A stretch of 63,415 nt of DNA, filler included, from Octopus bimaculoides (Eukaryota), in the NCBI RefSeq assembly GCF_001194135.2. It is 4 parts of 4 records of this genome, joined end to end, with 100 filler letters (N's around TTAATTAATTAA, not from the genome) between each part and the next. Parts side by side here need not be neighbours in the genome. Positions count along the whole stretch, not along the records: positions 28,589 to 58,928 come from NC_068989.1; positions 59,029 to 61,886 come from NW_026438508.1; positions 61,987 to 63,415 come from NW_026392312.1; 1 more part is not named here. One strand, 5' to 3'. The translations under genes were made by a program, and so were the position numbers. The first letter of the stretch is position 1. Each line of letters starts with the position of its first letter. Below are positions 52,751 through 63,415 of this stretch, in pieces. The notes beneath the pieces were generated by a model. That model was given only the letters and a program-made list of their open reading frames with translations. It was not told the origin of the DNA and made no database searches.

Positions 52751-53211
52751 AAAGATTATTATTATCATCATTATTATTATTATTATTATTATCATTATTG
52801 TTGTTGTTGTTGTATTTTCAAAATGCTTGTAAGCTGTCTAATTCCTTCGATTTCCGACCAAACCACTTCGGCATTTACGAACGCAAGCCTCCTCCGTTAC
52901 ACCAATAATTCTAAGCACACGTGTATATTTATAATTTGCGCAGAAAAGCTGTGAGTTTAAAAGTAGCTTACACATAAATATTGTGTTTCTCACAGATTTT
53001 CGAGGAAGATGTTCACATCTGCAGTGAAGCTGACCTCTATAACAGTACATATTGTGCTTTTTTATTATTATTTTCTTTTTTTTTTTGTTTCCTGACAGAA
53101 ATAACTGTATGAGGCTTTATGATCGTAGTTTGGAAGTTTGGATGGGAAAGTTCCATCAATATTCCTGTTGTTGCGAAGTATTTATATTTCTATATTCGGC
53201 AACATACATCC

Positions 53212-53271
<60 letters not shown>

Positions 53272-53583
53272 ATAATATGTATGTATATATATATGTATGT
53301 ATATATATATATATATGTATATATATGTATGTATATATGTATAGATGTATATATGTATGTATGTATATGTACATATGTGTGTGTGTGTGTGTGTGTACAA
53401 ATACATACATATATATATATATTTATACATATGTATATATGTGTGTATGTGTGTGCATACATATACACACACATATGTAGACATATATATATATACTTGT
53501 ATATATTATATATGTGCATATACAGATATGCGTATATATAGATATGTAGATATAGATATTATATATATATATTTATATATATA

Positions 53584-53616
<33 letters not shown>

Positions 53617-54491
53617 NNNNNNNNNNNNNNNNNNNNNNNNNNNNNNNNNNNNNNNNNNNNNNNNNNNNNNNNNNNNNNNNNNNNNNNNNNNNNNNNNNNN
53701 NNNNNNNNNNNNNNNNNNNNNNNNNNNNNNNNNNNNNNNNNNNNNNNNNNNNNNNNNNNNNNNNNNNNNNNNNNNNNNNNNNNNNNNNNNNNNNNNNNNN
53801 NNNNNNNNNNNNNNNNNNNNNNNNNNNNNNNNNNNNNNNNNNNNNNNNNNNNNNNNNNNNNNNNNNNNNNNNNNNNNNNNNNNNNNNNNNNNNNNNNNNN
53901 NNNNNNNNNNNNNNNNNNNNNNNNNNNNNNNNNNNNNNNNNNNNNNNNNNNNNNNNNNNNNNNNNNNNNNNNNNNNNNNNNNNNNNNNNNNNNNNNNNNN
54001 NNNNNNNNNNNNNNNNNNNNNNNNNNNNNNNNNNNNNNNNNNNNNNNNNNNNNNNNNNNNNNNNNNNNNNNNNNNNNNNNNNNNNNNNNNNNNNNNNNNN
54101 NNNNNNNNNNNNNNNNNNNNNNNNNNNNNNNNNNNNNNNNNNNNNNNNNNNNNNNNNNNNNNNNNNNNNNNNNNNNNNNNNNNNNNNNNNNNNNNNNNNN
54201 NNNNNNNNNNNNNNNNNNNNNNNNNNNNNNNNNNNNNNNNNNNNNNNNNNNNNNNNNNNNNNNNNNNNNNNNNNNTATATATATATATATATGTATATAT
54301 ATGTATGTATATATGTATATATGTATGTATGTATATGTACATATGTGTGTGTGTGTGTACAAATACATACATATATATATATATATTTATACATATGTAT
54401 ATATGTGTGTATGTGGGTGTGTGTGCGCATACACACGTGTAGACACACACACACACATATATACATATATACATATGGATATATAGATATG

Positions 54492-54583
<92 letters not shown>

Positions 54584-54681
54584 CATATACATATATATAC
54601 ACATATATAGATATTTGTATATATATTTATATGTAGATACATATGCAGAGACATATGTATATGTTATTTACACACACACAT

Positions 54682-54712
<31 letters not shown>

Positions 54713-54722
54713 ACTGTAAATT

Positions 54723-54839
54723 ATATGTGACAATTATTCGGTAGCCATGATAAAACTCCGAGGTTTGTCCCTCACCATCGTTTGACAACCGATGCTGGGT
54801 GTGTTGCGCTCTCATGGCTACCGAATAATTGTCACATAT
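54723..54839. repeat. Perfect 28-bp inverted repeat enclosing a 61-nt loop containing a SINE fragment
   Basis: atatgtgacaattattcggtagccatga (54723-54750) / tcatggctaccgaataattgtcacatat (54812-54839). The loop holds tttgtccctcaccatcgtttgacaaccgatgctgg from family B. Confidence 0.9.
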
Positions 54840-54908
54840 TATTTTCAAATGAATTCCTCTATTTACATAATATCGAGGTCTCTTTCTTTTCTTTGTTGTC
54901 TTTTCTAT

Positions 54909-54964
<56 letters not shown>

Positions 54965-54982
54965 TCAAACGAGGGGCTGTAG

Positions 54983-55375
54983 ACGCAGGAATGGCTGTGT
55001 GGTAAGTAGATTGCTTACCAACCACATGGTTCCGAGTTCAGTCCCTCTGCGTGGCATTGTGGGCATGTGTCTTCTGCTATAGCCTCGGGCCGACCAAAGC
55101 CTTGTGAGTGGATTTGGTAGACGGAAACCGGAAGAAGCCCGTCGTATGTATATGTGTGTATATGTTTCTGTGTCTGTGTTTGTCCCTCCACCATCGCTTG
55201 ACAACCGATGCTTGGTGCTTCTGCGCCCTCGTAACTTAGCGGTACGGCATAAGAGACCGAGAGAATAAGTACTAGTTCTTACAAAGAACGAGTCTTGGGG
55301 TCGATTTGTTCGACTACAGGCAAGGCTCCAGCATGGCCGCAGTCAAATTACTGAAACAAATAAAAGAACAAAAGA
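54983..55375 (+). mobile_element. SINE family B, full length
   Basis: tRNA-like head ggctgtgtggtaagtag..ggttccgagttcagtcc, central microsatellite, and 3' part ending gcagtcaaattactgaaacaaataaaaga. Confidence 0.85.
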
Positions 55376-55496
55376 ATATATACATACACATACACGCATA
55401 CATAAGTATGTATTCATATATATATGCATAAATATATATATAAACCTATATACACGCATATACATATATATATATATATGTATATANNNNNNNNNN

Positions 55497-55557
<61 letters not shown>

Positions 55558-55880
55558 AACATATACATATATATATATACACACATGCTAACCATCAATT
55601 AATGTATATAATACATATGTATATGTATGTATGTGTGTGTATGAGTTGGGATGTGTGTATTTACGTATACGCAAATATCACAACAGCTATATTGCACTTC
55701 CGGTTTGGTGTCAAAATCCTGTCACTTAACAATTAGATATCCGTATGGATTCTTTTGCTGCAGCTGAAGCCTAGAAACGAAATTGTTTTGCTTCCATGCA
55801 GTTTATGGAAGAAACCAGTAGATACGTACACATAGGGGCTACATACAGGCATACATACGTCCATACATACATACATAAAT

Positions 55881-55913
<33 letters not shown>

Positions 55914-56037
55914 TACACATATATATATATACATATATTTATATATATATATGTATATNNNNNNNNNNNNNNNNNNNNNNNNNNNNNNNNNNNNNNNNNN
56001 NNNNNNNNNNNNNNNNNNNNNNNNNNNNNNNNNNNNN

Positions 56038-56070
<33 letters not shown>

Positions 56071-56559
56071 AACAATATATGAGTATATGCATATACATGT
56101 ACATGTATGTACATACCTTCATCCACATGTACATATAGATACATAACTGGGTACATGACGTGGCAAAAGAACATGGACAAAATGATAAACAAGGTACAAC
56201 AAACAAGCAAGCCACATAGAAACATCTCCTTCATCAGCTGCCACCATTAAAACACCGGCGTCGCGTCACATAATGACCGCATTATTTTCTCATCGATTAT
56301 TCAGCCTGTTGTTAACGGTCAGTGGATTAGAAATATTCCATGTCATAAAGCGGCAAAATATAATGGTAATCCTTTTCAATTGTCCGGACAATCCTGGTTC
56401 TAATGCCCAGATTGATCGGGACAGCTGACGCTCTCTGCTCAGCAGAACCGATTTAGTTATCAGGGGAAAGGATTTGCATGAGAAGGAGAATGAAGGGTGT
56501 GATGAGAAGCTAGGGGCTGTGCTGAAAAGGTAAGTAGAAGGGGAGAGAAGTCAGACATT

Positions 56560-56750
56560 GGTTTCAGATTTTGGTACAAGGCCAGCAAGATTGGGGGATA
56601 GGATAGATCGATTCTATCGACCCCAGTAATCAACTGGTACATATTTTATGGAGCCAGAAAGGTTAAAAAAGAACGTCGACCTCGGCGGAATTTGAACACT
56701 GGATGTAAAGACGTACGAAATGCCGCGAAGCATTCTGCCAGCTCGCCACC
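56560..56750 (-). mobile_element. SINE family C
   Basis: gatcgattctatcgacccca..ctggtac..gtcgacctcggcggaatttgaac..ctgccagctcgcc. Confidence 0.75.
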
Positions 56751-56929
56751 CTCTGATTAGCCATATATTAAGAGACTGCTCAGGCCTTGGGTATTTGCAG
56801 GAGTATATTCATATCAGACGGAATTTTATATCATTTTGTACACATATAGACGTGTGTAAACCGACAGGATTCCTGTGGTTTCGGTCTACCTATTTTGAGA
56901 CACAAAACTGGGGCTGATCCAAGAATTAA

Positions 56930-57280
56930 CATTTACTTGTTTCAGTCACTGGACTGCGGCCGTGCTGGGGCACCGCCTTGAATGGTTTTAGCCGGTACCT
57001 TTTTAAAGTCTGGTTCTAATTGTGTCGGTACTTTTGCCGAACTGCTAGGCTCCGGATCGTATACAAATCAACACCGGTTGTGAAGCTGTCATGGAAGGCA
57101 AATGCAAAGACATAGGCACACATACTTCTTTCAGTTTCCGTCTACAAAATTCATCCATAAGATTTTGATTATCCCGAAGCTATTATAGAAAATACTTGCT
57201 CAAGTCTCCAGGCCGTGGAATTGAACCAGAAACCATCTGCTTGAGAAGCAAGCTTCTTATCACACGGCTATGACTGCGCA
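56930..57280 (-). mobile_element. SINE family B, full length, diverged
   Basis: ttacttgtttcagtcactggactgcggccgtgctggggcaccgcc..ttgccgaactgctag..ttctttcagtttccgtctac..aagcaagcttct. Confidence 0.75.
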
Positions 57281-57626
57281 TATTGGAAAAATAGGGGAAA
57301 AGAAAAGAAAAGCTGCCCATGATGGCATACAATGGGATTGAACGCAGGAACATATTGAAGCGAAACAAGCTTTACAACCAATGAGCCACAACTTAGTCCT
57401 ATCTATTAACTATGCATGACGCAATCGTCTGCTCCTCTTTAACGTGGCCTTGTGCCTATCTATGATGGAGATCAGCAATGCATTTCTATATTCTAACCTC
57501 GAGGTGGGATTTTCCTTTCATCTGTCGGTGATCAATAAAATAAGTACGATATGATGAGTTCAAAACTGAGGTCGATATAATCGATAGACACCCCAACATC
57601 AAACCAATACAAACATATATTTATAA

Positions 57627-57660
<34 letters not shown>

Positions 57661-57790
57661 TTGTATGTTTGTGTTAAAGATCGAAATCAATTTGAATATT
57701 TTTCTGCGATTTCTGTTATATTTGTTTTTAATTAACGTAAATTAAAATAATACACATAAATACAGAGACGTATACATATATATATATATA

Positions 57791-57872
<82 letters not shown>

Positions 57873-58250
57873 NNNNNNNNNNNNNNNNNNNNNNNNNNNN
57901 NNNNNNNNNNNNNNNNNNNNNNNNNNNNNNNNNNNNNNNNNNNNNNNNNNNNNNNNNNNNNNNNNNNNNNNNNNNNNNNNNNNNNNNNNNNNNNNNNNNN
58001 NNNNNNNNNNNNNNNNNNNNNNNNNNNNNNNNNNNNNNNNNNNNNNNNNNNNNNNNNNNNNNNNNNNNNNNNNNNNNNNNNNNNNNNNNNNNNNNNNNNN
58101 NNNNNNNNNNNNNNNNNNNNNNNNNNNNNNNNNNNNNNNNNNNNNNNNNNNNNNNATATATACACATATATTTTTGGGGGGCTGCGATTTCTGTTATATT
58201 TGTTTTTAATTAACGTAAATTGAAATAAAATACATAAATACAAAGAGACG

Positions 58251-58302
<52 letters not shown>

Positions 58303-58928
58303 AGATATTCAATGCACACACACACTCGTATAGATATGCATAGATATAAAAATATACGTATACTTGTATACACAGATATTTCTATATACATATATATATA
58401 TACATATATATACATATACATATATATAGATACACATATATGTATATATACGCATATATATGTACACACACACACACATATATATGAGTGCGTGTGTATA
58501 TATGTACATGTATATATGTATGCATGTATATAGATGTATATAATCGAAATATCACAAAGAAGAATTATTCATCTTACAAATATATTTATTACAGTTTTAT
58601 TCTCATTAATTCCAACCCGACACGTGCTTCTGTTGCATAATTCTCCTAGTGTCCTCTGGTGTAGCATTTATGTGCATTCAGTTGGTTCAGTTGCAGTACA
58701 TGTCCATCCAGGGTACACATTCCTATACAGCGTTGTTCAAAGTTTTATCCTTGCGTTCCTATCATTCGATGTGGTTAGCCATATCTGCATTATCTCAGAG
58801 TATTAAGAAAGTACCTCTCCGGATTACAAAATCCCTATTCCATTACCTAATATTTATACATATATATGTGTGTGTGTGTGTTTGTGTGTTTGTGTGTGTG
58901 TGTTTGTATATACACACACACATGTATA

Positions 58929-59028
58929 NNNNNNNNNNNNNNNNNNNNNNNNNNNNNNNNNNNNNNNNNNNNTTAATTAATTAANNNNNNNNNNNNNNNN
59001 NNNNNNNNNNNNNNNNNNNNNNNNNNNN
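58929..59028. other. Artificial contig/scaffold join (44N-TTAATTAATTAA-44N)
   Basis: Same construct as 28489. Confidence 0.95.
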
Positions 59029-59719
59029 AGATAGATAGATGGATAGATAGATAGATAGATGGATAGATGGATAGATGGATAGATAGATAGATAGATAGAT
59101 AGATGGATAGATGGATAGATGGATAGATGGATAGATGGATAGATAGATAGACACACACATACACACATTCATATACGTAGAGGAAGAAGGGAGGAGGAGA
59201 AGAAGAAGAAGAAGAAGAAGAAGAAGAAGAAAAAGAAGAAGAAATACATATAGACTCTAAAGTATTCACATATATACATGCATACACATGCACACACATA
59301 TATACACACACACACACACACAGATAAACACACACACACACACATATATACATATATACATAAGCAAACATATGCACGCATGCATATACATACACATATA
59401 AACACACAAGAGTACACCGCCTTGAGCCACACCTCGTTCATTCTTGGAAGTAAAACGCAAACGAAAGAAAAATGTGTCATTCCTCTTTCTCTCTTTGATT
59501 TCTCTCTTTCCTCCTTTCTCTTGTTTCTTCTTCCCATTTTATTCTACCGTTCTTTGACCTCTTTCCTTCTCTTCTTCTTCTCGTTCTTCCTCTCTTCCTC
59601 TCCATCTCTTTCTCTCTCTCCCATCAAACCGTTTTTGGGGAAAAATTTTGGGTATTTTATAAACGGAGAATGATTGTGTGCCGTTGGCGATGGAAAGTTA
59701 CACGGTGCGTATGTGCACG

Positions 59720-59753
<34 letters not shown>

Positions 59754-59837
59754 TACTCTTTTACTTGTTTCAGTCATTTGACTGCGGCCATGTTGGAACA
59801 CCGCCTTTATTTATATATATATAATAGAAATATATGC

Positions 59838-59892
<55 letters not shown>

Positions 59893-59902
59893 TATATATA
59901 CA

Positions 59903-60050
59903 TAGGGCATCCAGCTGTAGAAACTCTGCCAAATCAGATTGGAGCCTGGTGCAGCCATCTGGTTCACTAGTCCTCAGTCAAATCGTCCAACCCATGCTAG
60001 CATGGAAAGCGGACGTTAAACGATGATGATGATGATGATGATGATACATA
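59903..60050 (+). mobile_element. 3' end of a LINE/SINE with a (GAT)n tail
   Basis: agggcatccagctgtagaaac..gtccaacccatgctagcatggaaagcggacgttaaacgatgatgatg. The RTE-type assignment is from recollection of the family. Confidence 0.6.
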
Positions 60051-60160
60051 CACATATATATATATACTTACAGACATAAATATTCACGTGAATATGGTAC
60101 TTAAGTTGAGGTGCCAGAATTTAGTATGGTATTATCCATACAATTTCAAAATGAGGTGAT

Positions 60161-60445
60161 TAAAATCAAAATAAGCAACAAGGATATCCAGAGGTAAGGC
60201 ACTACGATCGTTTCAAGAAACTCCATCTAATTGAACAATGTAATCATTACATCAATTTAAATGCAGAGTAATCCTCAGCTGCATAAAGACATAGAATTTA
60301 ATTTAATTTAATTCTGTCTTTATGCAGCCGAGGATTGCCCTGCATTTAAATTGATGTAATGATTGCATTCTTCAATCAAATGGAGCTGGTTGAAACGATC
60401 GTACTGCATTACCTCTGGATATCCTTGTTGCTTACTTTGATTATA
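60161..60445. mobile_element. ~285-bp hairpin MITE with ~135-bp inverted arms
   Basis: aatcaaaataagcaacaaggatatccagaggtaa..cagctgcataaagaca folds onto tgtctttatgcagc..ttacctctggatatccttgttgcttactttgatt around an AT-rich centre near 60303; TA at the ends. Confidence 0.85.
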
Positions 60446-60519
60446 TACATATATATATATATGTATATATATATATATGTATGTATGTATGTATATATCA
60501 AATCGACTTCCAATTACTT

Positions 60520-60711
60520 CCAGGTTTTTATCACTTCTGGCGGGGCAAAGAATCCCAGAACGTATTCTTGGAGCTGGCCCAACAGGCAGGGAACTTAGGG
60601 GTAGGGCAAGAGAAAGATGGTTGGATGATATCCATGGTCTCGGTTGGTTATGCACGAGTAAGTGTAATGACCGTTGCTTCTGACAGGACTTTATGGAGGA
60701 AGTGCCTGTGA
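60520..60711 (+). mobile_element. LINE (RTE/L2-like) ORF C-terminal fragment
   Basis: RIPERILGAGPTGRELRGRARERWLDDI..., then VASDRTLWRKCL*. This is the typical ..GKRPRGRPRxRWxDxI..AxDRxxWR end of RTE/L2 ORFs. Confidence 0.7.
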
Positions 60712-60936
60712 ACCCACAATCTTCTCAGGAAAAGCGAACGGAGAAGATTGACAGAAGACGGATGGGTGGATCGATTCTTACGACTTTCCGGCGAGTTCGA
60801 ACGCAAATATGTTAGTCGATGTTGAGTATGTCAGAGGAAACAACTTCTTCCTTTTACAACGACAATGGGTGCAGAAGACATTCGATTCATCAGTGTAACA
60901 AACAAATAAACATGGAGGAATAGCTGTGAATTAGCC

Positions 60937-61215
60937 TACGAGTGTGGGTTGGCAAGTTCATAGGCTGACCAAGATACTTTCGTGGAATATGACCAAATGA
61001 GGTTTATTTTTCAACATAGTCCGCCTTGCTGTCCACACAGTACTCCTATCGGTGTTGCAGTGATTGGATTCCATTGCTGAAGAAGCTCTCTTCCTGTCGG
61101 TCAAAAAAGTAATTGACTGTAGGCATGACATCATCATCACTACGATACTGGTTCCCAGCCAAGTGTTTTTTCATGTTGGGGAACAGATGGTCGTCAGATA
61201 GAATCCAGATACTGG
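60937..61215 (-). mobile_element. Mariner element 3' end: transposase C-terminus + terminal inverted repeat
   Basis: SDDHLFPNMKKHLAGNQYRSDDDVMPTVNYFFDRQEESFFSNGIQSLQHR*EYCVDSKADYVEK*, followed by TIR-like ggtcagcctatgaacttgccaacccacactcg-TA. Confidence 0.85.
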
Positions 61216-61564
61216 GCTGGTAGTTGAAAAGCAAACTGTCAAAGTATCGGGAGCTCTCTGATAGGTTTATGGTTGAACCTCCGACAGTGGACACCTCCGA
61301 TTTTCTCGATACCCGGACCATATCCCTGCTCACCGCCATCGGGGGCAGAGATGGCCGTCTGCAAGTGCAAGCTCTGTGAGTCAGAGTGACCGTTTTAAAG
61401 AATCTCCCTCGCCATCTTCCGAGGCAAAATCTTCTTCCATTTTGTCTCCTGCTGCCGTGAGAAATATTTCTATTTTGTGAGAGGCAAAATTTTCCCAAAT
61501 TAATTCAAAGAAAACAAGATTATATTAAAAAGGAAGAAAATGTGTCATGGTTTTATAGAAAATA

Positions 61565-61886
61565 TTTGGCTGTGTGGTAAGAAGCTTGCTTCTCAAACAC
61601 ATGGTTCCGGGTGCAGAACCACAACGCGGCACCTCGGGCAAGTGTCTTCTACTATAGCTTTGGGCCGACCAAAGCCTTATGAGTGGGCTTGGTAGACGGA
61701 AACTGAAAGAAGCCCGTTATGTGTATGTGTGTGTGTGTCTGAGTGTGAGTGTGTCACCCCCGCACCGCTTGACAACCAGTGTTGGTGTGTTTACGTCCCT
61801 ACAACTTAGCGGCTCGGCAAGGGCAATCGATAGAATAAGTACCAGGCTTTAAACCCCCCCCCCAAAAAAATAGGTCTTGGTGCATG
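61565..61886 (+). mobile_element. SINE family B, cut by the contig join
   Basis: ggctgtgtggtaagaagcttgctt..gggcaagtgtcttctactatagc..ggtagacggaaactgaaagaagcccg..aacttagcgg. Confidence 0.85.
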
Positions 61887-61986
61887 NNNNNNNNNNNNNN
61901 NNNNNNNNNNNNNNNNNNNNNNNNNNNNNNTTAATTAATTAANNNNNNNNNNNNNNNNNNNNNNNNNNNNNNNNNNNNNNNNNNNN
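61887..61986. other. Artificial contig/scaffold join (44N-TTAATTAATTAA-44N)
   Basis: Same construct as 28489. Confidence 0.95.
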
Positions 61987-63415
61987 ACAGCACAAACAGC
62001 CACAGAAGAAGACGCAACCACAAGAAAACCAACAACAACTACACAACCATTAACTCCAACAGAACCAACAACCACAACAGCACAAACAGCCATAGAAGAA
62101 GACGCAACCACAAGAAAACCAACAACCACTACCGAGCCATTAACCGCAACAAAACAAATAACCACAACAGCACAAACAGCCACAGAAGAAGACACAACCG
62201 CAAGAAAACAAACAACAACTACAGAGCCATTAACCACAACAGAACCAACAACCACAACAGCACAAACAGCCACAGAAGAAGACACAACCGCAAGAAAACC
62301 AACAACAACTACAGAGCCATTAACCACAACAGAACCAACACCCACAAAAGAACCAACAACCACAACGGAACTAACAACCACAACAGAACCAACAACCACA
62401 GAAGAAGACACAACCGCAAGAAAACAAACAACAACTACAGAGCCATTAACCACAACAGAACCAACAACCACAACAGCACAAACAGCCACAGAAGAAGACG
62501 CAACCACAAGAAAACCAACGACAACTACAGAGCCATTAACCACAACAGAACCAAAAACCACAACAGCACAAACAGCCGCAGAAGAAGACACAACCGCAAG
62601 AAAACCAACAACCAATATAGAGCCATTAACCACAACAGAATCAAAAACCACAACAGCACAAACAGCCACAGAAGAAGACACAACCGCAAGAAAACCAACA
62701 ACAACAACAGAGCCATTAACCACAACAGAACCAACAACCACAACAGCACAAACAGCCACAGAAGACGACACAACCACAAGAAAAGCAACAACACCTACAG
62801 AGCCATTAACCCCAACAGAACCAACAACCACAACAGCACAAACAGCCACAGAAGACGCAACCACCAGAAAACCAACAACAACTACAGAGCCATTAATCAA
62901 AACAGAACCAACAACCACAACAGCACAAACAGCCACAGAAGAAGACACAACCGCAAGAAAACCAACAACCACTACAGAGCCATTAACCNNNNNNNNNNCA
63001 ACCGCAAGAAAACCAACAACCACTACAGAGCCATTAACCACAACAGAACCAACAACCACAACAGAACCAACAAGCACAACAGAACAAACAGCCACAGAAG
63101 AAGACACAACCGCAAGAAGACCAACAACAACTGCAGAGCCATTAACCACAACAGAACCAACAACCACAACAGAACCAACAACCACAACAGAACCAATAGC
63201 CACAGAAGAAGACATAACCACAAGAAAACCAACAACCTCTACAGAGCCATTAAACACAACAGAACCAACAACCACAACAGAACCAACAACCACAACAGAA
63301 TCAACAACCACAACAGAACAATCAGCCACAGAAGACGACACAACCGCAAGAAAACCAACAACAACTACAAAGCCATTAACCACGACAGAGCCATTAACCA
63401 CAACAGAACCAACAA
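61987..63415 (+). CDS. Partial mucin-like Thr/Glu/Pro-rich tandem-repeat exon (30-aa unit TAQTATEEDTTARKPTTTTEPLTTTEPTTT)
   Basis: Frame +1 is open from 61987 to the window end (about 476 codons, one 10-N gap). The period is 90 bp (61987, 62077...), and unit-length variants keep frame. The listed Val-rich minus ORF is its antisense mirror. Start and end lie outside the visible sequence. Confidence 0.7.

Larger units (their letters stand above)
42870..59400. repeat. Region dominated by (TA)n, (CA/TG)n, (GATA)n and (TACA)n microsatellites with many N gaps
   Basis: Directly visible; all YI/CV/HT-rich ORFs here are repeat translations. Confidence 0.9.

Noticed and set aside
61935-63401. 488-aa Val-rich minus-strand ORF that looks like a multi-pass membrane protein
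   Set aside because: It is the antisense mirror of the Thr-rich + strand frame (ACN codons read as GTN/NGT). It also runs into the N-linker.

Overview
This is AT-rich, microsatellite-saturated animal genomic DNA, not prokaryotic. The SINE and MITE families match ones I recall from Octopus genomes; that is an inference and needs BLAST confirmation. The window is four pieces joined by artificial 100-bp spacers (44 N + TTAATTAATTAA + 44 N at 28489, 58929 and 61887), so adjacency across those joins is not established. Nearly all ORFs in the supplied track are microsatellite or N-gap artefacts. The recognisable content is mostly decayed mobile elements: two Penelope-like GIY-YIG remnants, three R4/Dong-like RLE non-LTR retrotransposon relics sitting on TAA-type microsatellites, Tx1/L1, CR1/L2-like and RTE-like RT fragments, Tc1 and mariner transposase relics, many tRNA-derived SINEs and several fold-back palindromes. 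Host-gene evidence is limited to a long open Thr-rich 30-aa tandem-repeat (mucin-like) exon at the right end (+ strand, missed by the ORF track) and a possible sulfotransferase-like terminal exon. The most unusual signal is a set of hammerhead-ribozyme-like motifs from several unrelated repeat families, most with the tiny palindromic stem III of Penelope-type minimal hammerheads. One has an intact catalytic core (24527-24584), and a pair sits in the two arms of a ~740-bp inverted-repeat unit. No rRNA, bona fide tRNA or CRISPR array is present.
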